From the NCBI RefSeq assembly GCF_022045235.1, contig NW_027266264.1, positions 70,060,001 to 70,124,000 of the forward strand: a DNA stretch of 64,000 nucleotides. The letters run 5' to 3'. A model generated the notes under the pieces. It did not search any database and was not told the origin of the DNA. It saw only the letters and a list, made by a program, of their open reading frames with translations. Origin of the DNA: Haliotis cracherodii. Taxonomy: Eukaryota. This document shows, piece after piece, positions 26,240 to 38,714 of the stretch (positions within the stretch are counted from its first letter, which is position 1; each line of letters opens with the position of its first letter). The position numbers and the translations under genes were made by a program.

Positions 26240-27261
26240 TTTATCATATAATGGGTAGGTTTCACGGCAGGATAAAGCCAACGGATAAAAACGATATCCG
26301 TTGGGGTCATATGCGGATAGAGATGCAAATATCAAAGGTCAAGTAGGGACTACTTTCACTGTTTGTAAACAAACATGCCGTCGCCCTCGTCATTCGGCGA
26401 TCGAGTCAGAATTAACCATCGGGAATCTGGACAAACTACAGAGATAATAAAATTATTATTGCTTTCATTATCAAAAGAACAGTCTAATATACTGAAAATC
26501 AGTGTCTAACTGTGACGTAGCTAAGGCATTTTATATGTTTTGGCAACTTTGGAGATATAAATTTCGACACAATTTTGCGAGGGCACGAGGCCTAGCCAAG
26601 TGGGGTCAGTAGCCATATCTGTGCTTGTAGACCTCTGCGGCTTGAACCTTTCTCCACAAATTAAAATAGTTAGATTTGGCCGAAATATGTTTGAATTGTT
26701 ACCTTGTTTCCTTTTGTCGCTGTGTGTACAACTGACTACACTTCTTAACGTTATGACAGGACAGACCGACTGTCAACAACGTCTGACCGTGGCCGTGACG
26801 TCTCATAGACTAGGGTTAGAGTAGCTTCCCTTTGACAAAGGGCAGTTACTCTAGCAAACAGACCGATCGATTGCCGCTAAAGGCAATTAAAAACAATTGT
26901 TGTTTTTGCGTATATGTTGCTTCGCCACTGTATAAGAAAGAGATTTCAGTTGGAACTATATTGGCTACTGTCACTGTCTGACTGACACATCACTTACCCT
27001 GTAAATATAAATGCTCGCATTCCAGGAAAACTCGCAATGTTTCGGTAATGTTTTTGAGAGAGGGAAAGCGATTTTGAAGCACAAATTAAAGAATGACATT
27101 ATATGATAAAGAGGTTATCACGCTTGTGTGTTTGGGGATGGTAAGTATCCTGTATTAGGAATAAACACTATGTATTTAGCTCGCCAAGGCTCGCAAAATA
27201 AAATGTTTATTCCTAATGCAGGATATTTACCATCCCCAAACACACTCGCGTGATAACCTCT
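26240..27261. mobile_element. Non-autonomous hairpin-ended DNA element (Crypton-like by architecture) splitting the 30/29-bp array
   Basis: Hairpin at 26278-26303, inverted repeat at 26817-26853, 58-bp-arm palindrome at 27110-27261 with loop motif gctcgccaaggctcg; same satellite on both sides. Family assignment from memory only. Confidence 0.5.
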
Positions 27262-27900
27262 ATATATGTTATCCCTTTCCTCAGTATCTGCGTATATATT
27301 ACCCTTACCTCAGTATCTGCGTACATCTTATCCTTACCTCAGTATCTGCGTATATATGACCCTTACCTCAGTATCTGCGTACATCTTATCCCTACCTCAG
27401 TACCTGCGTATATATTACCCTTACCTCAGTATCTGCGTACATCTTATCCTTACCTCAGTACCTGCGTATATATTACCCTTACCTCAGTATCTGCGTACAT
27501 CTTATCCCTACCTCCGTACCTGCGTATATATTACCCTTACCTCAGTATCTGCGTACACCTTATCCTTACCTCGGTACCTGCGTATATATTACCCTTACCT
27601 CAGTATCTGCGTACATCTTATCCTTACCTCAGTACCTGCGTATATATTACCTTTACCTCAGTATCTGCGTACATCTTATCCTTACCCCAGTTCCTGCGTA
27701 CATATTACCCTTATCTCAGTATCTGCGTACATCTTATCCTTACCTCAGTACCTGCGTATATATTACCCTTACCTCAGTATCTGCGTACATCTTATCCTTA
27801 CCTCAGTACCTGCGTATATATTACCCTTATCTCAGTATCTGCGTACATCTTAACCTTACCTCAGTACCTGCGTTCATCTTATCCCTTACCTCGTCTCAGC
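27262..27900. repeat. 29-bp variant of the same minisatellite, arranged as a 58-bp dimer
   Basis: ttacctcag at 27421, 27450 and 27479 with alternating tacatcttatc / tatatattacc. Confidence 0.92.
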
Positions 27901-28293
27901 GTTCATCTTATCTCTTTCCTCGTGACTCCCTACTCGTGTTTCCCCTTCGTATGTGGACACCTGCTATTCCAGACGTATACATGTGATGGCATTTCTGTAG
28001 TTTGGTTAATTGCTGTTTGATGTGTGTGAAATAAAACAACCATATAGATGCCAATGGTACATAACGGGTATATTGTTTAATGCAAATAAGTAATATTTTG
28101 AAAATAAAATATACCTAGTATTATAATGCTAGTGTCTGTATATTCACTTTCGCCTATGCTTGGCTTATATACCGCTCTCTTCTCCTGCCTGTACCTACTA
28201 CTTTCTATACACATTTATGTTTACATATATCTTTCTATACTCCCTGCTTCTCTTCATGCCTGTATTCATATACCTATACGTCCAATCTATCAC

Positions 28294-28458
28294 GGGGCGG
28301 TCGGGTAGCCTAGCGTTAAAGCGTTTGCTCGTCACGCCGAATACCCGGGTTCGATTCCCGACATGGGTACAATGTGTGAAGCCCATTTCTGGCGTTCCCC
28401 GCCGTGATATTGCTGGAATATTACTAAAAAAGCGGCGTAAAACTATACTCACTCACTC
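28294..28458 (+). mobile_element. tRNA(Asp)-like SINE family A
   Basis: A box tagcctagcg, GTC anticodon-like loop, B box ggttcgattccc, LINE-type tail; 13-bp TSD tccaatctatcac. Confidence 0.95.
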
Positions 28459-28502
28459 ATTCCAATCTATCACCCTGTTCACCATATCTGTCTTTATAAA
28501 TG

Positions 28503-28858
28503 TCTCCGTGGTCAAGAGCTAGGGCGTATGCCCGGAGAGCGTACGGTCTGGGGTTCGATCCCCGGCCGCGTCATGCCAAAAGAAGTTAATGTATGGTACT
28601 TGTTGTTACCCAGCCTGGCGCTCGGCATAAAAGGACTAAAACTAGGACTGGTCGGCTCGGAATCAGTATACTGTGTATGATTGGGGTATTCATGTTAAAC
28701 TGCGGCATGGTATCTCGGTTGGCTAGCACTAAAAATCGTCATCAGTCCGGACTAGTACAACCAGCCACACATTCACACACACACATATGCATGCACGTCG
28801 CTATATAAGTGCAATAATCTTGGACGCGACGTTAAACCCCATTTCACCTCACCTCACC
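28503..28858 (+). mobile_element. MetaSINE-type SINE (family C), reference copy
   Basis: tRNA head with ggttcgatcccc, Meta-like ccaaaaga..tggtacttgttg..cctggcgctcggcat, downstream ggactggtcggctcgg block, (CA)n, (tcacc)n tail. Confidence 0.9.
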
Positions 28859-29766
28859 CGTTTATGACCTATCTAATGCATGCACTGTCTATATCACGTA
28901 TTCTTGTTGCATATGTATAGCACATCAGTGAGAATCTCTATATATTCACAACAAATGTATTTAGGCAGCTATCTTTAGAATCGAGATGTGGAGAGAAACA
29001 CTAAACGCCTCTTAACTCCTTAACAAATTAATATTTTCCCACAATTCATATAAAATATCGCACCATCTCCATCTTCGTTGTGATTGTATCAAACATACAC
29101 ACCGAGCTATACATCTGTTAAAGTACCTTAATCTAACGAATTGGTAGCGTGCACATACTAAACTATAACGCACGTATAAATGAATTTCTATGGCTGTAAG
29201 ATGTGTCTCACCGTGCTGGGCGCTCTGAGCAGCCTGGAGTGCAGCAGATGAAGATCAATACGACACATGAACACACCCACCGCGTGTAACTGAACACTTG
29301 CAATACATCGTTCTCATGTGGTCGGGATCGACGGACCTGCTCACGCGTGAATATTCCTGAAATACTTTCTCGCGATAGTTGCTACACTAGGAAGCACTAT
29401 AAAACCTAGCTCGGCGTGCCAGGGGATGTCTAGATTCACATTAATCACTACCAGCCCCCGATTCTAAGCCTTCTCTTCTTATTGCAACATCGAATCTACA
29501 TACTATCGATTGATATCACGGTCCTTCTAATTCAAATTCAACATTTACTTCAATGCACCGTCCACATCTCTTGATGCTTGAATTAAAGATTACTTTTTTC
29601 ACTTAAAAGATCTATGGTTAATTTGGCCGGCCGTGCAGGAGGTGGTGTGTGTTCACGTGGCTCTACATCTGTATCTACACGGAGATTAGTTTTAAAGCAG
29701 TATAGACGGACACGTTGTTTGTTATGTAGCTTTTAATGCGCCATCAAGTTTGTTGAGATTTGAATA

Positions 29767-29855
29767 CAGTGAAACCCTGCTAATCCGACAGCACCGTTCC
29801 CATAGACATCGTCTGGATTACAAGACATTTGGACTAATGGATTGGTTTTCCTTTG
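29767..29855. mobile_element. Short pogo/Tigger-like MITE remnant
   Basis: TA|cagtgaaaccc...ggttttcctttg|TA. Confidence 0.45.
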
Positions 29856-29969
29856 TATACATGTTCCTTTGCGTTTAAATTGTAAAAAAAATAGTCGTCT
29901 GGAAGGATTCTTTGTCTCATTGCACGCACACCCTGCAGTGCGGTATGTTTACGACGGTCGGGCTGGTGA

Positions 29970-30242
29970 GGTTGGTTGGTTGGTTTGTTGTTCAACGCCG
30001 CACTCAGCAAAATTCCAGCTATACGACGGTGGTCTGTAAATAACCGAATTTGGACCATACCATCCGGTGATTGATATCATTAGCATCGGTCCACCCAATT
30101 GGGATCAATGACATGCATCAACCAAGTCAGCGAGCCTGACCACCCGATCCCGTTAGTCTCCCCTACGACGAGAATAGTCGCCTTTTAAGGCAAGCATGGG
30201 TTGCTGAAGACCTATTCTACCCCGGATCTTCTTCACGGGTCG
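29970..30242 (-). mobile_element. SINE-like family D, full length
   Basis: Homology to the 53688 copy. Confidence 0.92.
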
Positions 30243-30308
30243 GCTGGTGAGTTGGCCTGGCGGTTATACTGTTTATTTGCCACGCCGAATACCCGGATTT
30301 GCTTAGCA

Positions 30309-30320
30309 CTACTACTACTA

Positions 30321-30373
<53 letters not shown>
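30309..30373. repeat. (CTA)n microsatellite
   Basis: Direct. Confidence 0.97.
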
Positions 30374-30792
30374 GGCGTCAAAACCCGTTCCATATTCATA
30401 ACAAATTTCTGCTAAAAGCAGAGTCGATTGTACAATTCCGACTTTATCATGAAAATGCATTTGTGAATCATTATCATATAGTGATGATTCTAGCTGTACG
30501 CAAAATTAGTGAGCGTATCCCGCCTGAGCGGTGGCGCCCGTCACAAACACATGCAAAGGCATGAAAAACACCTGAAAAACACCGGAACATATAGTACAAG
30601 TCAAAATATGAAACTGCATCTGACATCATTTCGCGTCAAATTTTGAAATGTCCTCCACATGTCTACAACTAAACTTTTCAAAGCTTTACTGAGGCCTTGA
30701 ATGTTGCAACCTTGATCGAACAACTTTTGAGCATGAGCCGAATGACGTTCATTGAAATCATCGCAGAAAGAGCATGCACGATTGTACCTCAA
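30374..30792 (-). mobile_element. Penelope-like retroelement 3' fragment (RT thumb region plus 3' terminal sequence)
   Basis: RYNRACSFCDDFNERHSAHAQKLFDQG..LSKAL matches the PLE motif RYARACS..DF..R...L..KL..QGY; DNA homology to 57957-58250. Confidence 0.8.
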
Positions 30793-30885
30793 AAGTTGTG
30801 AAATGTAAACACCAAGCCTGGAGCTGCAGGAATATTGCTCGACGTAAAGGGAAAGTGGACTATGGAAAGTTGGAAGTCCCCCCTC

Positions 30886-31372
30886 TTGTCATACTGTCTT
30901 TTGTATGTCATACAGTCTTGTGTATGTCATACAGTCTTGTGTATGTCATAAAGTCTTGTGTATGTCATACTGTCTTGTGTATGCCATACTGTCTTGTGTA
31001 TGTCATACAGTCTTGTGTATGTCATACAGTCTTGTGTATGTCATACTGTCTTGTGTATGTCATACAGTCTCGTGTATGTCATACAGTTCTGTGTATGTCA
31101 TACTGTCTTGTGTATGTCATACAGTTCTGTGTATGTCATACAGTCTAGTGTATGTCATACTGACTTGTGTATGTCATACAGTCTTGTGTATGTCATACAG
31201 TTCTGTGTATGTCATACTGTCTTGTGTATGTCATACGGTCTTGTGTATGTCATACAGTCTTGTGTATGTCATACGGTCTTGTGTATGTCATACACTCTTG
31301 TGTTTGTCATACAGTTCTGTGTATGTCATACTGTCTTGTGTATGTCATACTGTCTTGTGTATGTCATACTGT
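30886..31372. repeat. 19-bp minisatellite (tgtgtatgtcatacagtct), about 25 copies
   Basis: gtatgtcat at 30903 and 30922. Confidence 0.95.
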
Positions 31373-33849
31373 ATAGACAGAATTGAACCTTGTTCATTTA
31401 GAATCCACATGGTAATAATTCCACTTGTCTCAAATATTTTTTGTGAATATAAAAAATCCCTCTTTGATTGTATTAAGGATTATGATTAACCTTTGAGAAA
31501 GAAGGCTAGTGTACATTAGCTGGACCCGGGAATATATTTCTTTGTATTTACGGATTTTCTTGGAATTTTGGAATCAAGTCAAAAGTTGATGGTACCGATG
31601 CATGGTACTGGCATCATAAGTGGCATTATTTGCTGTCACTTATACCAAGGTCTTTTTACCAAACAATTAATGAAGTGATGCTTCTATGTCATGATTATGT
31701 CATTTGAGTCCTCGTCAGTGGGGAAAAAAACTGTTCATGTAGGTCAACACTACTTTGGATGACAGCTGGCTGGGACAGAATGGGTTCACTCCGTTTCTGT
31801 TTCCTCATTTTAGTTTGTGCATTCCACCAATGACAACACCCCACACTGACTTATGCCTCTCTGAAAGCCATTCAACACGTCCCTAATCTCTCTTGGCCCG
31901 TTTCTTGGTATATGCTTCGCAGCGTCCTTAATGAGTTTACAGATGTGATCCCAATTAGAAGGAGGTTGCTCACGATATTTAAGATCATAGTTAAACAACT
32001 GACCAAGGTTATTTTTGTCGACAACAGAGAACCCCCTCGCCGTCATATGGCTGGACTATTGCTTTTAATGTTTGTCAGCACACATAGTGTTCCAACAATT
32101 TGGTGATGCACTCTATAAAATGATCCAATTATTGGAAGTATTTTATAATTATACTGAGAATAATCTGTGATTATTATTTTGAAGATTGCTTTTTATGTGG
32201 GATATCTTATTGGTATGTTTACAAATGAAGTATGTGTTTTATATAATCTGTTTACCAGTTTACCTATCACCCAAGACCATGTAACAGTTAATGAATTATG
32301 TATGTGGTAGTTTGACTTTTTAGGTGCATTCTTATCATGAGTTTTTACAGACATCGTAAATTTACTGACAGGATTAGTAATCCGTGAGCACAAAAGGTCA
32401 AGTTGGAGAGGAAGGTATTTTAGATCATTTCCAATGTTTAGGCGCATACAGCGATATACACTTCGAACACACTTTAGGTAACTGGAGATTTATTCATTTT
32501 TACGAAGTCAATCTGGCGTCATTACCTGCATATTGGATGGAATAAAATCCTTACAATACGCATATCGAAATGTCTGTTTACAAACTGTAAAATGACACCT
32601 GGAGCACCAGCTGATAAGAAGGTGCTGAAAATCGGTAACAGCAGTGACGTTCATAGATGACGTCACAAATTGAAATGTGACGTCACGTTTTGACGCTACT
32701 TGTTATCACAAACAAACGATATCTCCCTTTGGACAATGTATTGGATATTCACATTAAGGGATTTAGTTAGAGAGTATTAATGCTAAGTATACCATACCAT
32801 TTAGGGCTATTCCTATTCGATGAGCTCCCTCAAGTACACTATTGTCATATTCAGTACGTATTTCAGAGACATTGCATGTTTAATGTAACCATGAATAATC
32901 TCCACGCGACCACGCTTTCACACAATAGAACATCTACGTAAATTCAGCGGTTTATAAACGAGAATACTTCTACGTGGGCACGTGTTTCACATCAGTTCTA
33001 TATCTAAAAAGCAAATCTGATAATCAAACTACATAAATACATTATGATGCACAGAATCTCCTAACTACGTACACCCAGTGCAGAAACCCGAGACTAGTAT
33101 TAACGTTCACTACCAGTGCTGTTGGCATCCAGAATATGTTGAAATCCATTTAGTTTCAAACCACGCGACAGACTTTCCATTATAGTCCCTGCGTAAATCT
33201 GTGGTTAGATTTTAGTCACGGTATGCTAGCCCAACCACCGGCAATGTTTTCATCCGAAAACATGATCCGTTTTAAGTATGGAGCTGTAGAGTTCATACGA
33301 CGGCTATTTCTGGACTTTGAGTCTCCAGATGACACTGGAGACACTATTTCAAAGGCTGAGAAGCGACTAAACGCCCGGATGACGGCCTCCACCCTGCGTC
33401 TCATCACTGCCGAAGAAGCAACTGCTGCCACTCCTGATGCTTCCAATTCACACGGATCCTAAGCAGAAGGATCCAGTGCATGTGTGCGACGCCCAAATTC
33501 AGTGTATTAATTACCTTAAGATTTCAGTCAGACGATCTGCCTGGCAACTTTGCAAAGTTACCAGACCAGATAAAATGTCGCCAATCCAGAATTTTGGAGA
33601 CTAACGAACAAAAGTAAGAAAAGGGTAAACAAGAATAGTACTGTTGAATGGTAGTTCTCAGAAAATAACAATAAACTGGTGTATTGTCAACTTAATAACA
33701 TTATCTCATTGAAATTTTATTCATCAATAATATGTTTCACGTTTACAGTTTATTGACCTCTTACACTGAATTAAAACTAGAATTGAGGGAATACAATAAT
33801 ACCTCAACCATCGGCACAACGTTTAAAATATGACCGTCTCGGACCTTCC

Positions 33850-34660
33850 GGCAAGCGGGTATGCTACACACTGCCAAATGTGCTCCAACGGACTGAGATC
33901 TGGACTCATGGCGGGCCAACGCAGAGCCGCCACAGCGTTGATCTAGAGTTTGTGCGATCTGGCGTTATCGTTAATAAACTGAGGTCTTTGTGGCGAATGG
34001 GTGGTTGTCGACAACTGGTTCCAGGTCATCGCGGATGTACTGTTGACCTGGGAAGTTGGTTATGTGGTGACCAGGTACAGGGTGCAATCGTGTGAAATAC
34101 ACCCTCAAATCATTACCGAGCCTCCGCACTAACGGACAGTTGGTCTGATATTCCTGTGCCGCCAAACTCTCAGTCGTCCATCCGTGGCACGGAGCAGGAA
34201 CCTGCTTTCGTCCGAAAAATGGATTTTATGCCAAGGTCACAGATTCCCAGTGCGTCGTGCTAAACACCATACCAAACGGAAACTCTAATGGTGATCTGCC
34301 AGTAGTGGGCGTTTGATGACACTCCCGGACGCCATACCTGCTGCTTTCAAATGGTTCCTCGGGGTTCTAGTGGGCAGACGTCGACGTGGTAGCCATTGTC
34401 GCCCCAGAAACGGTCTCGTTGCAAATGTCTGTGGTCGTACCAATCGAAGCAATAACCTGTCTGCATGCTACGACGTCACATGAGGTCGTCCTGACTTAAA
34501 TGGCCCTTCACAGCTTTAGATTGACCAAGTTTTCTCACGAATCGGCAGATCACTGCGTTATGGTAGCCCAGTTGGCACCCGATAGCTTTGAAGGACAAAC
34601 TATGGAATGCGTTCCTTATATTTAGCATATTTGCGGCTCTGATATCCTCCTTCGTGCCAT
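33850..34660 (-). pseudogene. Degraded Tc1 transposase
   Basis: Reverse strand: MARRRIS.. at 34660 and WHKIHFSDESRFLLRATDGRLRVWR around 34160-34235; internal deletion and many stops. Confidence 0.85.
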
Positions 34661-35699
34661 GTCCACATAAATAATTAAGCATTCCAAAGGACTGATACCA
34701 AAATAACCAAGTTTGATGCCTGTAGATATGTCTACCTTGAAAATACATGAGTGGTATGCTGCACGTGCCTGCCACGGTAAGCTCTGACGTCACTGTCAAA
34801 CATGATCACGTGATCACATCCTTATGATGCAGCATCATTCTTGTCAAAATCATAATCATCATTTCCGTTTTTGTTGAAATTAATGGTAATATGTTATATT
34901 TCATTATTTCTCATTTTCCAAGTGCAAAAAACCCTTTAAAAACAAGTATTTCAAATATGCACTTCACCACTAACCCACTCGTTCATGAGTTGCATATGGT
35001 AATGTGTAATTTCGACATGCAAAATCGATTTTACATTTAAGCACAAATTTTCAAATATACACCCACCTTACCAACTTTCCAGCCCACCTTACAACCAAAT
35101 TACTTTAACACGACCATACAGTCACGTCTCACAGACATTAATCACAGGGTCTGTATGTATTACAACTGACTTGTGTGTGCAAGCCCTTTGTTTCCATCGC
35201 ATTCATATAACTTTATATATGTGCCAGGCAGGTTTATCGATATGCGCATTCACCCTATCCTCAAATGGTGCCCAGTTGTATGTGAATTCGCGTTTTCAAT
35301 AGTGTACACAAATTGTATATGTATCAAGGTATTGGTAATATGCTATTTGTTCTTGTCAATATCGATTTGACATTTAGGCTTTTGTTAGAGAACACTCGTA
35401 TGTCCTCGTCGTGTTATCAGATGGCGCTAGCGGTCACAGCTGGAACAACGCAGCTTGGCGTGTCTCTAAACACTGTGCAAATATTGGCAAAGTATGGCTT
35501 ACACAGCGGATAGACCATTGTCCCAGTATTTACCAAAATACGTCTCGATTCAGAACTGAGGATTATGGCACCACTACTACAGATGGTCTGCTACGCAAAC
35601 TAGTGACCATCTAAATAAAAGTAGTCCACACTGACAGACTGAGTCTTTTTGATCCAACTTATTTTTTGGTATATGACAGCACTATAATTGTATTTGATC

Positions 35700-36200
35700 T
35701 AGCATGTTAAGTGTATAATAGAGCAGAAGAATTTTACTAGATATTATTTAGTGCGTATAATACAACACTAGAATTCTACTAGATCTAGTTTACTTAGTGC
35801 GTATAATACAAAGCTAGAATTCCACTAGATCTAGTTTATTTAGTGCCTATAATACAACGCTAGAATTCCACTAGATCTAGTTTATTTAGTGCCTAAAATA
35901 CATCCCTAGAATTCCACTAGATCTAGTTTATTTAGTGCCTATAATACAACGCTAGAATTCCACTATATCTAGTTTACTTAGTGCGTATAATACAACGCTA
36001 GAATTCCACTAGATCTAGTTTATTTAGTGCCTATAATACATCACTAAAATTCCACTATATCTAGTTTACTTAGTGCGTATTTTTCAGCACTAGTATTTTA
36101 ATTAATAAGTGCGTATTATACAGCACGAGAATTTTATTAGATCTAGCATATTTAGTGTGTATTATAAAGCACCAGAATTATACATGGTATAGTTTATAAT
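35700..36200. repeat. 46-bp minisatellite (ctagaattccactagatctagtttatttagtgcctataatacaacg), decaying toward about 36900
   Basis: ctagaatt at 35768 and 35814. Confidence 0.85.
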
Positions 36201-36923
36201 ACATTAGCATTCCCCGTGGTCTAATTGATCTGGTAAATCTATTGCAGGACTAGAATTCTAAGATGTTTAGTTACTTCTGTGAGTATAATACAACACATAA
36301 AATATTACGTGGTTAAGCTTTTCTAAGGCGTATATACATATAATACAGCTCTACAATTGTACTTCTTTGATAAGTTGTGTAACGCACTTGCATTCACCGG
36401 GTCTAATTGAACGGGTAACGACTTTACGGCACTATCACACCACTCATTGATCTAGTAATTCTATTCTGTCTGGCTCGCTTAATAGGTATGTTAAGTTGGT
36501 ACAGAATTAGATTGTGTCTGTCTGACGAAATGAGTATTACGAATCACTTTCATTTTACTTTGTCTCGTTGATCTACTGAGTATAAATAACATCACACTAG
36601 CATTCTACTCGGTCTATCTGGTTTGGTAAATATATCAAAGCACTAGAATTCCACTCGGATTGTGCTCGGCCTAGTTGATCTGGTACACATAGTAAAGCAC
36701 TCGGTCTAGTTCACTTGGCGGTTATTATAAAACACTAGTATTGTACTAGTTGACTTGATGAGCAGTAGCATTGTACTCAGTCTGGATAATCTGCTAGATA
36801 TTTTACAGCATTCGATCTGGTTCACTTGATGGTTATTATGCAACACTAATATTGCACTAGTTCACTTGATGGGCATTATAAAACAGTAGCATTGTACTCA
36901 GTCTGTATAATCTGAAAGATATA

Positions 36924-37282
36924 TACTCAGCCGCAAAAGAAACGTCACTTCATGAAAATAATTCATGAAAAGTTCCCATTGAAATATCAAAGTATATTTT
37001 TTAAGTATCTCGTTTTTGACATTCGTCTGTATTCAAATTTAGGGTTAACGGCCAAAAGGTGACACAAATATGGATATAATGGGTCGCCAAAAACGTAGCT
37101 TAATAAACCATCATGGTCAACACCCCGAATGCTTTCCATAAAAAAAATAATTCACTTGCGTTTCCGTGTGCCTTTTCTGATAAACGGCACCCCAACACGT
37201 GGATCCAACATTTTGGTGTCGTAACTAGCGCCATGCTAAGACTTACACAGAATCAGAGAAACCAGGCTTTATGACGACTGAA
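36924..37282 (+). mobile_element. Tc1 element 5' fragment
   Basis: TA|tactcagccgcaaaaagaaacgtcac TIR; MLRLTQNQRNQAL at 37233 resembles MPRLTAVQRERAI of the 5960 element. Confidence 0.75.
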
Positions 37283-38714
37283 CTTATTGTACGGTCCAGC
37301 TGCTAGGATTCATTAGTTATGCATTATGCAGGTGATAAACTTACTAAATATTATCATTTCACGGAGACAGACCTGTTTAGCAGAGCGCGGACTAGATATG
37401 AATAATGTTTTGGTTTTTTTCTAATTGGAAAATTAAGGATGTCAAGGAAATCTATTGATGAAAACGGATTGCGCATTTTCTCTCTTAATATATTATGCGC
37501 TTATTATCTGATACAATACTTTCATTGTTATTATGCTGTAGGATGAGAGGGGTCACATAGTTACGTTCTCTTGTGGCATGGAATCAGTCGAGTTTATTCA
37601 GTTAATTATGTTCTTGCTGTTTTCTGGACATCTGTCAATATGTGTTTCCATGGCAACCACTGTATGGCCACATGTGGTGAAGACTATATCACAAAACTAA
37701 ACGAATTCATTATATGTGAAAAACGTGATAGCTGTATCGCCGAAATGCTCAATCAGGGCTTTTCAACCACCTCCCACTCAACCAACGCCGCTGTGCTTCG
37801 ACTCGCCATACAAACGACATTAAGCCAGGTATTGTGTACATGTAAAGAAATTATTTTGATCAACAACAGTTACTCGTGGCGATGAAACAGACATAAACCT
37901 ATCCCACCAAACACATGCTCTCCAGCTGCCGCTACACCGTCTCTTAGACTCGCTGCAAAGGATTGATTCCGTAGTTTTATAGTTACCATTAATGGCGGGG
38001 ACCGGAAGACTGCTACAGGAGGGGCCACCCATTCAATAGTCTAAGTGCTTCGTGTCTTTCCGCTGCATGAAACCTATTCACTTGTGAACACCATCTAATG
38101 CTCGCTGCAGATTCAGTCTAGCACACACTAATAGAAATATTTCATTTCCAGAACTAATTTCTTTGCTAAAGGATATCGATGTTGCAACGCGATCTCCAGC
38201 CATGCCACACAAATAACATGTTGAACGTAGTTTCAAAATGATTTACGTTTCACTTCCGAATTTTCTATGACTACAAATGAGATGAAGGGTTTTGTTACTC
38301 ACTTTACCGATAACCTGATGCACGGCTTTGTTTCTCGTGTGCGACATTTGCATTTTGTTGAATATTCTTTTTAGCAAGTTGGAGCACAATACCAGTCTCT
38401 ACATACATATTCATGTCTATAAGACAGATGTTCTCCACAGATCTAGGGAATCCGTTTGTAGTCTCTGTGACTGTTCAGTTTGCCCCTGACCTTATACGCG
38501 TGGGTCTGTATTGAAGATGGTCGGACCGAGTTCAGATGTCATACGAATTGTGATGCGTCCAGCCCATGTGGAGATCCAGATTGTCACTCTCAATACATTA
38601 GTACCTCTTGTTACAACGCTGACTGGGTTTTCAGAGATCGAGATTGACACTGGAGGTTTAAAAATGTGCAGGACCTGTATTGGACTCAAATAATGATGCT
38701 AATAACATGACGGG

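Noticed and set aside
31810-32046. 78-aa minus-strand ORF with protein-like composition
   Set aside because: No recognisable domain or convincing splice boundaries
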